From contig NC_068988.1 of NCBI RefSeq assembly GCF_001194135.2, forward strand, positions 47,233,586 through 47,297,585: a stretch of DNA of 64,000 nt. Reading direction: 5' to 3'. How positions within the stretch are numbered: the stretch's first letter is position 1; the number at the start of each line of letters is the position of its first letter. This DNA comes from Octopus bimaculoides. Its lineage: Eukaryota. Shown one piece after another: positions 37,726 to 51,778 of the stretch. The notes under the pieces are model-generated. The model saw only the letters and a program-made list of their open reading frames with translations, was not told the origin of the DNA and did no database searches. Position numbers and translations under genes: made by a program.

Positions 37726-38170
37726 CATCATCATCATCATCATTATCATCTTCATCATCATCTTCTTCATCATCATCATCACCATCATCATTATTATTAT
37801 CATTCTTAAGGCAGCGAGCTGGCAGGATTGTTAGCGCTCTGGACGAAATGCTTAGCGGTTTTGAGCTCAAATTCCACCGAGGTCGAATTTGCCTTTCATC
37901 CTTTCTAGGTCGATAAATTAAGTACCAGTGATACACTATGGGGTGGAGGTGTAGGCGATGTAATGGACTTATCCCCCAAATGGCTGCCCATGTGGCAAAA
38001 TTTGAAACAATTATTATTGTTGTTGTTGCTGTCGTTCTTCATCATTATCATCATCTTCTTCGTCTTCTTCTTCACCATTATCTTCTTCTTTATTGTATTT
38101 GAGCGCAAGGCCAGCAATTTCGGAGGAGGAGAGAAGTCGATTACATCGACACAAGTTTTCAATGAATACC
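37465..38170. mobile_element. SINE family A cluster (37465-37685 plus, 37805-38015 plus, partial minus 38095-38170) separated by (ATT)/(CAT)/(CTT) tracts
   Basis: Family motifs; microsatellite tails. Confidence 0.8.
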
Positions 38171-38459
38171 AGCTGAATAATACTTCTTGAATAATCTTTC
38201 TTTTGTATTACAATACAAATGCTGACATTGATTTAGAAACATCTGATAGAGTTGTGTTTTTTGTATTTGTTTTTGTCATCTCGCCAAAAATCAACTCTGA
38301 TTGAGAAGATAATGATCAAACGTATTCCAGCCTTAACCATCAAATATTGTGGAGATAAGACTACAACGCTGTTGTTTTAATATAAGAATGTACAGTGGGA
38401 TTTGAGGGAGATTTGTTCGCTGTTACTAGATGGTTGAGCGACTATAGAAAAGTACACTT

Positions 38460-38500
<41 letters not shown>

Positions 38501-38544
38501 NNNNNNNNNNNATATATACATATATATACATACATATACACATC

Positions 38545-39920
38545 CAGTACTGCCTCGATAATTTGTTGATTTGTTCTCGGAAACCGCACGTAAAACGGAG
38601 ATGCGCAAAGAAGAGCAATAATTTCCTATAGGAAATTCTTGTAGTGATTCAAAATCTTCAAATTCATTAAGAAATTGAGGGAAAAGTTTTTTTTCCAAAA
38701 GCCCTTCATACTCTTTTGAGTGATATTATTCCATGCTTTTCCTATTATTTTGACTATAGTATAAACGTTGTGACTGTTCCAGAATTCCATTACAGTTGAT
38801 GTTCCTTCTTAGTCTGTTTCTTCATTCAGCATTGAAAATGTGCAGCGTGAATAATGGGCTTTAAAAGTTGCAATAACACCCTGGTCCATTGATTGCAAAA
38901 GTGATGTATTCGGAGACGAAAAAAATAACTTTGACATTAGGATGGAGATATTGTAAACTTGGTGGGTGATTAGGTGCTTTATCAATAAGCGACATTGTAT
39001 GACATGGAAGTTCATTCTTATCCCAATATTCCTTAACCTCCAGTAAAAAGTGATATAAAAATCATTCTTCAAATAATGTTGCTGTAAACCAAGCTTTTTT
39101 ATTAGATTTCCAAATGATTGGAAGATTACTTATTAAGATGCCTTTAAGTGCCCTAGGATTTTCCACTCGATAAACTAGCATTAGTTTTAATTTTAAATCT
39201 CGAGATGCATTTCATCCAAATAATGACGTGACAGTCGACCTTTTGCAACTTTTAAACCAGGTAGCGCAGGTTCTTCCTTAGCAATGTAACTTCCAGATGG
39301 CATACGTTTCCAGAAAAGTCTTGTCTCATTGACATTAAAAATTAGTTGTGGCATGTAGCCCTCTTCTTTAAAATTATTTCTGAAAATGTTTCTGGAAGAT
39401 TTTTTGTTGCATCGACATCAGCGCTTAACGCTTCGCCTTGCACTTTGACGGAATGCCACACATGTCGATTTTTAAATCGATCAAACCATGATCTGCTTGC
39501 AAGAAAAGTTTCGTTTGTGTCACCTTTCATTTCTTTAAGCATACTGAAAAGAGACAATGTTTTGCTACAAATCGACGCTTGCTCAACATACCTATGCATG
39601 CATTGTGATTTGTCATTTATTCATGCATTTAAAGGTTTTTCCTTTTCCGAAATAATGCTTCCAGCATCTCTTTTACGAGCCCTGGTTGATTTCAAAGGCT
39701 TGTGATAAATATTTTTATTTTTATTTGAGAATTGTGCATACAGTTGACGAGTTAAGTGAAAGTTTATCACAAATGTTTTTTACAGTCGCACTACCATCGT
39801 GCACGTTTACAATTTCATACTTCGTTTCCAAAGTGATAGATTTTCGTTTCTATTTGTTCCTGTTGGTGTCTGCGGCACTCTTTCGTTTAGACATATTGGG
39901 TAGGTTAAAAATGCCGAAAA
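38545..39920 (-). mobile_element. Tigger/pogo-like transposon with decayed CENP-B/DDE_1 transposase
   Basis: ATG at 39894: MSKRKSAAD..KRKSITLETKYEIV; FLASRSWFDRFKNRH..KVQGEALSAD; FNVNETRLFWKRMP; PNTSLLQSMDQGVIATFKAHY. Many stops. CAGTACTGCCTCGATAA terminus-like sequence at 38545. Confidence 0.85.
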
Positions 39921-39923
39921 TAA

Positions 39924-40700
39924 TCTTACTATAAAGGGCGTTATGTCTGTTTGTCTCTCTGTCTGTTCCCTCTTCATGGTCAAACGGCTGGACCAAAGGT
40001 CACAATGTTTTTCGGGATTATGAAAGAGGTAATCAGGTAAGTTTTTAGTGAAGAAAATGTAAAAAGTATGAATATTTAGTGGATATTGAGGGTAAATGTT
40101 CAGTTTATAGGCGTAAAAAAATGTAATTAAAAATTAAGGGAGAGAAAGCAAATAAAAGATGCAAAGGGAAGTAAGTCAACTTCTTACTGTAATGGGCGTT
40201 GTGTCCGTCTATTTGTCCGTCTGTCTGTTCCCTGTTCATGGTCAAACGGCTACACCAGTGGTCACTAATATTTTTCGGGGTTACGAAGAAAGTAATCAGA
40301 AAAAAATGTGAAAAACGTATGATTATTTAGTGGATATTTTGTATTAATAAATATCCTTTGAGTTTTTTCTGTTAAAATTTCGGTGACGAGGAACATTTTT
40401 GGCTTCAGCCCCCACCACTCCTATACAATTCGTGAATATAGAGGGTTTGCGATAATATCCATTTATTTCCCATCGTAGGTGATCAGATTCATAAAGATTC
40501 AGCTCTCACCTTCACAGCAAACAAGGCACAGGATCAGACATTAGATCATGTCGATGTATTTTCACCCATTCCGATGTTTACACACGGCCGGTTATACGTC
40601 GCTATGAGTAGAGCAACGGACTCCATTAATTTGAAAATTAGTGTCGACTAAACAGAAAATATCGTCTACAAAGAAGTTTTGTAATCATATTGATATTAGC
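39924..40700 (+). mobile_element. Non-autonomous Helitron derivative with duplicated 5' block and PIF1-helicase C-terminal remnant (40502-40684)
   Basis: A|TCTTACTATAAAG..GTCTGT..AAACGGCTGGACC 5' end, repeated at about 40182; ALTFTANKAQDQTLDHV..FTHGRLYVAMSRAT..TENIVYKEVL*. The 3' hairpin/CTRR end was not located. Confidence 0.8.
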
Positions 40701-42674
40701 AAAAGGAATATGATTCATAATTTAAATAAGGAAATGTGTGAACTTTGAATGTATAACAGTATAAAGAATTGTAAAAATAGTGTAAGCCACTAAAATAAAA
40801 ATATCTAATTAACATTTGCTTCTTAATACTTTTTATGTAGTGGTCGAAGGAAGCTCTGTTCTTATTTAGGAGTGGTCCACATAATCGTGCATGATACAGA
40901 GGCTGGAAGCCTATTTCAGTTCGGCAGTGAATCGTCATCACATGTCACTTAGTCGCAGATACATGCCATATAGCTGCTATAGAATGCTGTATCACCAACA
41001 ATAATGTGATTCCTCTAGAAATTAATGGCTTCTTCGCTTCAAATAACTGTATTTCGCTCTTTTGGTGGAATTTGCTAAAATTTCTGAAACCTCCACTGGT
41101 GTAGTTATCTTTACTTATACAATGCGTTTTGATTGGTCTATAATGATGTGTCATGAGCTCAGATCAGTTACCAATATTTTGTTACGTAGTTTTTGCTGCT
41201 GGACACCCATCTTTGCAAACAGCAAGGAAAGCTATCCCACTAGAAATAGATAGCAAAATATTCTTCAAGTCATGTCTTCGAAAAAAAAAAAAACACATCG
41301 AAAAGTCTAGTTCTATATGCATCGCTACTGAAAACATATATGGTTACAGCTGGTATCTCTTTCTCAAAGGCTTCCTTAATCAAAACTGAGCTGGAGTTAA
41401 CGGAATAAGTACCAATGCCATGATCAATAACATTACCATCAGCATCACTACCAGGAACAACAACTTAGAAACTTATATGTGGTCACTCGAGATGCAAGAA
41501 GGACCTCCATGCTAAAAAATAATTATGTAGTAGAAAGGGATATATTTCTGAGGAAAAGACGAAATGGAATATATTCGATCATAGATCTGTCTTGGACCAG
41601 GACTGATGTGTGTTGAAACAAGAGCAATACAGCTTTCCCTTTTAAGAAATGATAGCCAAATTTCCGTCAGATCATACACTTGGTTTTTTAGAAACGGAAG
41701 GACGAATTAGATGTTCTTGTGAAGCACTTAAAAACATATATATATATAATAGACTTCGCTGAAACATTTTTTCTTAAGTCTGCTTAATAAAGGCTGGTCT
41801 GTGTCTAAAATCCACAACGAAATATTTCTGAAGTCCCCTAACTCTATGTCGTGACCAAAATTAGGATGCAATATAATTCTAAAACAGGCCGTTAATGCGA
41901 TTCTTATATTTTGGAAATATTCGACAAAATGGCAAAATTTTCATGAATATACTACCCATTAAGTTCTACGAGACATAATAGTCTACCACATAATATTCGC
42001 TGCAAACAAAAATATGAAGAATATTTCTCCAAAGAAAGTATCAAATTTTTAAGCGCCCCGCCCCGTTCCGTCGTTTTATAATTGGATAGTCAATAAAAAG
42101 GTTTCAGAATGACTGACAATTTACCAAAAGAAGTTACGATATTGAGAGGTTTCTAGGGAGTATTCATCATGATCACTTCTTTTATTGGAAGTAATTGCTA
42201 AATCTGATTCATATCTACTCTTAATTTCTTCAGTAATGAATTAAGCATTTAATAATATAGTTGTAGACAAATGTAGTATGCTCGGGAAGAAAATGAAAGG
42301 GAAACAAGTGGAAACTTTCTGATTATAGTTCTGCTTATCCATGTGGAAAAACGTACTTTGTTGTACGATTAAAAACCACTGTCTAGTGCCTGGGATATTG
42401 ACAGCAGAGTCTCCTTCGTTGCAAATATTCAGGCCCAGTCATCAATATGAGAATACATTTCTTTCTCCTTCGCTGCAGTATCAGTGGTCCTGTAGAGAGG
42501 CACGTTTACTAATTCTCCTTCCAACTATAAGATAATTTACCTGATGTTTCAAAACAATAATGTTTCAAATAGAAAACCACTTATGGCAAGTTTTTATCTT
42601 AAAACAACATAAAACACGATTTTGGCAAACAATCGAAATTGAAAGTACTTAGTGAATACGTCGTTATTGTTATT

Positions 42675-42890
42675 GGTTTCAAACTTTGGCATAAAGCCAG
42701 CAATTTCAGGGATGGGGAAAGTCGATTACATCGACCTCAGTGCTCAACTGGTACTTATTTAATAGACCACATAAAAATGAAAGACAAAGACGACCTCGGC
42801 GGAATTTGAACACAGAACGCGAAGACGGACGAAGTGCCGCCAAGCATTTTGCCCGACGTACTAACGATTCCGCCAGCTCGCCGCCTTGAA
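42675..42890 (-). mobile_element. SINE family A copy
   Basis: Family motifs in reverse. Confidence 0.85.
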
Positions 42891-43403
42891 GTCGTTCTTT
42901 CTACACTCAGTGTATAGCCACAGGTTTAATCCAACCGAGCTGACCAATCTATGACTACAAGTATTTGAGCCAGGCTTGTACTGTCTTTTAAAGAATAATT
43001 AGGGATCTGTCCCCGCACTTTCCATGAAAGAAAGACGCAATCTGAGGAAGACTTGACTGTTTATTCTTCTCAGTTGATCAACCACTAAAAGACTCACTCG
43101 ATGACTCGGGATCAAAAGAGTAGATCGAAGTAGTCGCTGAATGAGAAATATTCAAACTTCAACAATTCATAATAATTATTCTCAAAGAAAATATTATCAT
43201 GCTCATTGTTCGTTAAGAGAGAAGCTCTACGTAGTAATAATTAGATAATTTGACAGCTTTTGTAGAATATCAGTTAATAGAGGATGGTAAAAAGCAAATA
43301 ACAAGTAGGAAGACTACTACGTCCATCACTCCACCTTTCTGTACCTTTAGCTATCTAATTAGTTTTACATAATTATATTTATTTATGATAATTCAATATA
43401 TAG

Positions 43404-43467
<64 letters not shown>

Positions 43468-43977
43468 NNNNNNNNNNNNNNNNNNNNNNNNNNNNNNNNN
43501 NNNNNNNNNNNNNNNNNNNNNNNNNNNNNNNNNNNNNNNNNNNNNNNNNNNNNNNNNNNNNNNNNNNNNNNNNNNNNNNNNNNNNNNNNNNNNNNNNNNN
43601 NNNNNNNNNNNNNNNNNNNNNNNNNNNNNNNNNNNNNNNNNNNNNNNNNNNNNNNNNNNNNNNNNNNNNNNNNNNNNNNNNNNNNNNNNNNNNNNNNNNN
43701 NNNNNNNNNNNNNNNNNNNNNNNNNNNNNNNNNNNNNNNNNNNNNNNNNNNNNNNNNNNNNNNNNNNNNNNNNNNNNNNNNNNNNNNNNNNNNNNNNNNN
43801 NNNNNNNNNNNNNNNNNNNNNNNNNNNNNNNNNNNNNNNNNNNNNNNNCATACACACGCACATATATCTACATATATATATGTATATATATAGTTATATA
43901 TCACATATAGATGTATGCACGTTACTATTTATATAAATACACACGCACATATATATATATATATATTTATATATGTC

Positions 43978-44019
<42 letters not shown>

Positions 44020-44689
44020 TGCATGTATGTATTTATGCATTCGTGTATGTGTGTTTATTCATATCAGAGCTGGAGACATGATAATTAATAGAATTAATAT
44101 AACAATTTGTAATTATCACTTACTACGTGGTAACAAAGATAAACTTTGTAATATTTGTTAACAGCTGCTAGATATTTTACGCCTGAATTCTATGTTTATG
44201 ACTCTCTTCACTTTTTAATTATTTGTTTATTTAATCAATGACGATATTTAATTACCGAATGAGAGAAATAGCAGTGGCTCCTGCAGGTTTTCACAAACGG
44301 TTAGTTTATAGCAGGTTTCATAGGTAGACACAAATATCCTGCAGACAGAATACAGTAAGTTCTTCAGAAATATGCACATGCACATGTACATCATCGTCAT
44401 CATCAATGTATCTACCAATATATATGCGTGTGTATGTGTGTATGTATTAAGTGTATATAATAGACACACACAAATATATATTTCTCTCTTTCTCTCACAC
44501 ACACACGTGTGTATATATGAATGAAATATATGCAGATAAGGAAAATCAGAAATACTCACACACATCCGTATATATTTGTATATACATTGTATTAACATGA
44601 AGCTGTTTTCCAAGCTGCGTGAGCCCTTAACACATTCTTTCAACAGAATCGATATATCACAAAGTGTGGTAAAGCAGGGCCTTGAAATT

Positions 44690-44935
44690 TCATTTGTACT
44701 TCTTCATCAACAGATGCTTGCGTAGTATACTTAAAATTAGATGGCCCGAACACATAAGCAATATGGAGCTATGGCAAAGAACAAATCAAGTTTCGATTCG
44801 GGAGCAAATATTTAAGAAAAAGTGGAAGTGGATTGGTAGCACAATTAGAAAAGACACACCAAATGCAGCGAAAAGTGCTTTACAGTGGAATCCGGATGGA
44901 TATAGAAAGAAAGGTAGGCCTAAGAACTCGTGGCC
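44690..44935 (+). mobile_element. RTE-clade LINE C-terminal fragment
   Basis: FINRCLRSILKIRWPEHISNMELWQRTNQVSIREQIFKKKWKWIG..ALQWNPDGYRKKGRPKNSW. Confidence 0.9.
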
Positions 44936-44949
44936 CATTGAAATACATT

Positions 44950-45077
44950 TTTTCTGCGGAGTTGACTGGTGCAACGTAAAATAAAGTGTCTGGCTCAAGA
45001 ACACAACAGACCGCCGGGTATGGAACTCACGACATTATAATCATGAGCCAATTAATCTAACGATTAAGCCACGCACC
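44950..45077 (-). mobile_element. tRNA-derived SINE 5' part (different family)
   Basis: Minus: GGTGCGTGGCTTAATCGTTAG..GTGAGTTCCATACCCGG..TGTGTTCTTGAGCCAGACACTTTA (A/B-box-like plus CORE-like). Confidence 0.6.
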
Positions 45078-45499
45078 TTCTGGGGCCAAAACTAGAACTA
45101 CGGAATCATAAAGTAAGCTGCTTATTAAACTATTGAGATATATCTATTTTGACTTAAATACGCACGCAAACATTCTATTTAGATGTAAAAGTGTATGCGC
45201 GCGCGTGTACGTGTGTGTGTGTGTGTGTGTGTGTGTTTGTGTGTGTCTGTGTGCTGTGTGTATGTATATACGTATATGCATGTGCGCATATATATATATA
45301 TATATATGTTCATATGATGATATCTCCACAATGTGTTGATGATGAGAAAAACATGTAATCGCTACTAATATAGCAAGAGATTTCACCGCAAAATGTCTAA
45401 AGTAGACTCCTTAAGAATCGTTCTCCTTGGTTATATATCCAAAATTTAAAATTTAAAATTTTGGATATATATATATATATAGTTGTATATTTGTGTGTG

Positions 45500-45642
45500 T
45501 TTATGTTTGGGTGTCAGTGTTTATCCCCCAACATCACTTGATAACCGATACTGGTGTGTTTACGTACCCGTAAATTACCGGCTCGGCAAAAGAGACTAAT
45601 AGAATAAATACTAGGATTACAAAGGTGGTGCTCCACACACAC

Positions 45643-45675
<33 letters not shown>

Positions 45676-45776
45676 NNNNNNNNNNNNNNNNNNNNNNNNN
45701 NNNNNNNNNNNNNNNNNNNNNNNNNNNNNNNNNNNNNNNNNNNNNNNNNNNNNNNNNNNNNNNNNNNNNNNNNNNN

Positions 45777-45819
<43 letters not shown>

Positions 45820-46120
45820 ATACATTCATGCATACAAATATGCATATAATATCTTTTCTCTTTTATCGGTTTCTTAGGCGGAACCGCTTCATGGCGTGGG
45901 CATAAATACATCAAAACCGGTTGTCAAGCGTTTGGGGTAAAGAAAACAGAAACATGAAGTTTCAGACACACATACAACGGGCGTCTTTGAGCTTCTGTCT
46001 GCCGAATTCACTTCCACGATTGGTTGGTCCACTGTTGTAGTAGAAAGCAATTAACAAAGGTGTCACGCCGAGATTCTGAACCTGGAACCATATGACTGGA
46101 AAGCAAACTTCTTACCGCAC
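45500..46120. mobile_element. SINE family B pieces (3' half plus 45500-45635; copy minus 45850-46120)
   Basis: GGCAAAAGAGAC..AGAATAA.TACTAGG; reverse CTGAACCTGGAACCATATG. Confidence 0.7.
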
Positions 46121-46142
46121 ACACACGCACGTATACATGTGT

Positions 46143-46250
46143 TTCTATCTATCTGTCTATCTATCTATCTATGTATCTTTCTATATGTCTGTCTGCCTGT
46201 CTGTATGTCTCTGCCTGTCAGTCTGTTTGTCAGTCTGTCATCTATGCATG

Positions 46251-46325
<75 letters not shown>

Positions 46326-46535
46326 TTATCTGTCTGTCTGACTGTCTATCTATCTATGTGTCTACCTGTCTGTCTATCTATCTGTCTGTCTGTCTCTCTA
46401 TCTAACTATATGTCTGTCTCTCTGACTCTCTATCTCTCTCTCACTCTCTCTCTTACTCTCTATCTTTAAATATTCTCTCTCTATATATATGTGTGTACAT
46501 TCAGACACATACACACATAAGCGTATGCATGAATG

Positions 46536-46567
<32 letters not shown>

Positions 46568-46590
46568 TGTATGTATGTATGTATGTGTAA
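46143..46590. repeat. (TCTA)/(TCTG)/(TATG) tetranucleotide microsatellites
   Basis: Direct tandem repeats; a similar tract lies at 50652-50760. Confidence 0.95.
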
Positions 46591-47029
46591 ACTATCACTA
46601 TACAGTTTTTCGCAATTGTAAATTTTTAAATTTCTAACTTTGGCTATGTATTTGATAGAATGAATTAGTCATGAAAACTGGAGTTGTCTGCAGCATCTAT
46701 TTTGGGGTTGTCAATCAAAATATTTATTACACTGTGTAGCATTATATTTCTTTCATTCTTTCTTCTGGGTAGTAAGTTTTATTTCTATATTACATATGCT
46801 TAAAAAGTATAGGATATGACTATTACTCTCTTCAAGCATTGCTTTTGTATCTTCGGTAATAATATTTTAAAAACTACGAAGTTTACAGAACATTCTAAAT
46901 TGCTTCAGTACTGAGTAGCAGCAAAAATATTTACTCAAACAGTAAAAAATTCTACATCTTTTGGAAATTTTTAGAATTTTCAAAAACATTTAAAACCTTT
47001 ACATTAAATAGTAATATTGATTATAAGTT

Positions 47030-47220
47030 ATGGCACAAGGCCAGTGAATTTGAAGATGGAGAAGTTGATTACATCGATTTTAGTGCTCTTTATTTTATCG
47101 ACTTCGAAAGAATGAAAGGCAAAGTCGAACTCGGCAGAATTTGGACTCAAAATGCTCAAACAGAGGAAATGCCGCTAAGTAGTTGCCCGCAGGCTAGCGA
47201 TTCTGCCAGCTCACTGCCTT
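47030..47220 (-). mobile_element. SINE family A copy
   Basis: Family motifs in reverse. Confidence 0.8.
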
Positions 47221-49389
47221 CATATAAACAGTAATATTAAGACAAGGACCATCAACTCCCATTTTAATTTAGTCTTAACTGACGATGTGGATAAATCTAT
47301 GCATCACAAAAAAATATGCACGAAATTACTCAATCGCAGCAACCTCTAAAATGTATGACGCGTACTACGTATGTTTCGGTATATCTACCGTGGTTCAAGA
47401 CAAATTCTGAGCATTTGACTGACTTCATTGAGATCACTACAAAGAAGAAACAAGAGATGAATGATAGAAGGCCAAATATAGAATTTTGTATCATAAAAGT
47501 TATTTTGAATTTGTAAAAATATAGCAGGCATGAAATACTTTGTAAGAATCTATTAAACATTAGCAAGAAATAAAATATTTCTTCTCTTAATCGAAATATT
47601 ATCTTGTACCTTGCACTTTTGAGGATAGCAAAAGGAAAAATGAGAGCTATGAAGTGTGCTATCCATAGAGTTTCTTGTGGATACCTTAACTCCTCTAGTG
47701 ACTGCTACTTTTGCATGGTGGACCCTTCCTGGTAAGAATTCATCATCAGCTTCCATGCATTCGAGCTGTCAATCATCCATAGCGTCATTTCTACATTATC
47801 CTGAACTATTCGTACCCCTCTGCAGGAGAGACAGTGACCGTCTTTAGAAGAGAACTGCGAATCGGAACAAGAGAGACACGTTTCATATGCAGATTGCAAT
47901 TTCATTGTTGCAGCTAAGAAGAGTATAACATACTACTACAGCCAAAAGACTTCAACGACATGATCAGAGATCTTCTAACTCCGTGCAAGATTCTGAGGTC
48001 AAAGTTCGAACGGTGAAAATGTTTAAATGAAAATGTGCAAATGAAATATCTTACGGTTCTTCACTCGACAAGATGGGTTCTGTTTCTTCCAAAATGTGAT
48101 CAATCTTTTCAAGACAATGTGATTCACCTGTATTAAATTGAATAGCTTTTATTTATGAAAAGCTCATCCATGTGCATATTTATTAACACGTTTTTTTTTT
48201 AAAATTAATTCCTTGTTTGGAACGGATTAGCTAGAAGCGAGTAAATCTAGAAGTCATAGAGAGTAAATATTTGACTTTTGGATAGAAAAGGTCGAAGGCT
48301 GTCTGTTCCAAGAAAGAATTATTTCATGTTCTTTCGAAGTGTATATATTCTTATGAAGTCGACGTTCTTGAAAGCCGTACAGCTCTATAATGAGAAAATT
48401 TAAGCATCACTAGCTATGGCTTATTCAAAATACACAACGAAATAAACTAACATTGATCTTGCTAGATGCCCTGAATTATAATGAGTATAGCTGGGAGATT
48501 ATCTGAGACGGCAAAATGTTTGCATTTCTGATGAGTCTCCAAAACAGCTTTACCAAGTTTAGCAATTATCCTTGCTTTTGAGACTGCAGGCACACGGCGA
48601 TGTCTTATTACAGGAGGTACTAACCAAAATGAGGAACATCGTCTAGAGTGGACCAACAATAGACCGTTGCAAGTTTTTGTTCTGATGCCAGGAGATAAAA
48701 TTGGAGCTTATGAAACAGTTTTCACTGCCCTTATTAAGACGATTACAGCCATTAAATACCCTTAAGTCATCCCCTGTAAGCTGTTGATGCTAAGGTTAAA
48801 TTAGGTATCTTTACCGCTCTTCGAGCGCACGAACCTCCCTCAGACACCTGTTTTTTTCTTTTTCTTCTTGCCCATTCCTTATTCCAATACTTCTTTCTTC
48901 ACCGTCATCCTTGTTTTTGTTCACCCAATAAATCTATCCGTACAGATGATTCATTATGCACCAAAACAAAGCACTTTTAGTAAACATCTGTCTTTGTGAA
49001 CACATATTTTTGTGAACATCTATTTAGTGAACATCTATTTTTGTGAATTTCTATTTAGTGAACATCTAATTTTGTGAATATCTATTTTAGTGAGCATCTA
49101 TTTATACCCCAAGTTGAATGAAAAGTGTGAATATTTACAGTCGGATAGGCAATACATCCATGACACTGTCAGCTTTATAAAAAATAAATGTGATACTCTG
49201 TTCCAGTGTTATGAGTGACCCTTGAATTGATGTTTGAGCCTTGCTATATATAACTACACGGAAAAATAAAACAAACATCAATATATCCAGACAAACGTAT
49301 ACACACATACACATATATTTATATATACATCAGTACATCAAAGTACATACCTATGCTTATTTATACATATATGAAAGCATGTCTGTAAA

Positions 49390-49432
<43 letters not shown>

Positions 49433-49732
49433 TCAATATAATTTCTCATCAATGTCTTTAAATATAACCAGACAGTTTATTCTATATTCAGTTACACAAA
49501 TCTTGATATCACATTCGAAATGAAACTGATTCTAAGTTTGGCAATACTAAGTAAACTATTCTGCTATCATTCTTAAATTTACTCTTAATTAATAACCATT
49601 AGAAGCATGCCCACAAATAAACAAACAGATGCTCACACTGACACACAGACACACAGACACACAGCCACACAGACACACAGACAGACAGACAGACACACAC
49701 ACACACACACACACACATATAAATATATATTT

Positions 49733-49945
49733 ATTTCTTTAATAACCACAGGGGGCTAAACATAGAAGGGACATACAAGGACAGACAAAGAGATTAAGTT
49801 GATTAAGTACCAGTGCGTAACTGGTACTTATTTAATCGATCCCGAAAAGATGAAAGGCAAAGTCGACCTCGGCGGAATTTAAACTCAGAACGTAACGGAA
49901 GACGAAATACCGCTAAGCATTTCGCCCGGCGTGTAACGATTGCTT
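49733..49945 (-). mobile_element. SINE family A copy with long 3' tail
   Basis: Well-preserved; GAAAGGCAAAGTCGACCTCGGCGGAATTT. Confidence 0.9.
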
Positions 49946-50652
49946 ACAAATAATGTGTGTGTGTGTGTATGTGTGTATGTGTGTGTGCGCGTGCGCGTTT
50001 GCGTGTGTGTGAATGTTTATATGCATATATGTATGATTCGTATCCGCGTCTTTGCATTGAACAAGCATTGTGAAGATGTTTATGTCCCATTTGAACAAAC
50101 GAGCCAGGGAGCCTGGGATCTCATTATCTCATCAGAATTAATGGAATCTAGGAACCATTCTTCAAGAGAGAGTCCGGTGTCAAGAAGTGCATCTAGTCAT
50201 AGAAAACTGGCTTTCATAAATCGCATCTCATACATATATAACCCCTATGTATAAAGACCAAAGTTAAATCGAGAACAAACTAATGAAGATGGTGATGATG
50301 ATGATGATGATGATGGTGATTGTGATAGTGATGATAGTGATGATGAGGATGATGATTATGGTGATGTGGCGGTGATGGTAGTGACTGTAATATATATAGT
50401 GTTTACAGTTATTCATCAGCTAACGGTTATGTGCGTAAACTGAGAGTAAATGACAACCAATTCTCAGTAGAAGCAAATTTTTGATTTGTATTATTACTGT
50501 CTTTCACCCTTTCGTGACAAGTTTCTATTTCTATAGAAATGTTAATTTGCACTGCCTAAATTTTAATTAATTTTGAAAACAATGAAGTATTCAGATGGTC
50601 TTAGTAAAGTAAGTATTTTTGTCATTCACTTACATATGTTGATGTTGAATTA

Positions 50653-50771
<119 letters not shown>

Positions 50772-51479
50772 GCCTGCATATATGTATGCATATTCATACA
50801 TAAATACACATACATCTATATACATATATGTATACATGTATATATGTATGTATGGATGTATGTATGTATAGCAAGCTGGTGTTTAGAACATAATCTAGTA
50901 AAAGTTTCATGCATAATTGTCTACAGCGGGTTCTAATATTTATATGAAGACATTAAAATGAACCTTTTGGTATCAAAAACCGGAGGTGGTCTTAGGTATA
51001 TTGGATACAAACGAGTTAGAAAAAGGTTATTACCATCATGCAATTTCTGTCTTCATTCATTGTTTGTGCTGTATAACCAGGGACTTTTGTGAGTATTACA
51101 GAATTACGTGCTCTACTGGATATTTAATCAGATTCTTAATTATCAAATTGTTCGTTTTACGACCTGTAAATTCATGTAAATAAACATCTGAACAAAATGC
51201 CAAATCTGTCAAAGCGCTTTTCCCAAGCTGATTTACTGATTATTTTTCTCTATGAATTCTATGCAAATTAAAGTTTTCAATAAACGTTTGCTTGAATAGA
51301 GATTAATATTTTTCATTTAATTGAGATAAGATTGAAAAATATGTGACGACTTCTGTACCAGCATAATTGGGAAAAAGATTAATTTCTTTCAAAACTTACT
51401 TTTCAGCACTCCACATGTATATACGTCACTGAACATATTTATAATGCCACATACAAATACACATCTAGGTAAATAGAAT

Positions 51480-51481
51480 TT

Positions 51482-51522
<41 letters not shown>

Positions 51523-51685
51523 TATCATCATCATCATCATCATCATCACCATCATCGTCATCATGATCATCATCATAACCATCATCATGATCATCATGAT
51601 CATTATCATCATCATCATCATCGTCGTCATCATTGTCATTCTTCTTCTTCTTCTTCTTCTTCTTCTTCTTCTTCTTCTTCTTCTT

Positions 51686-51778
<93 letters not shown>

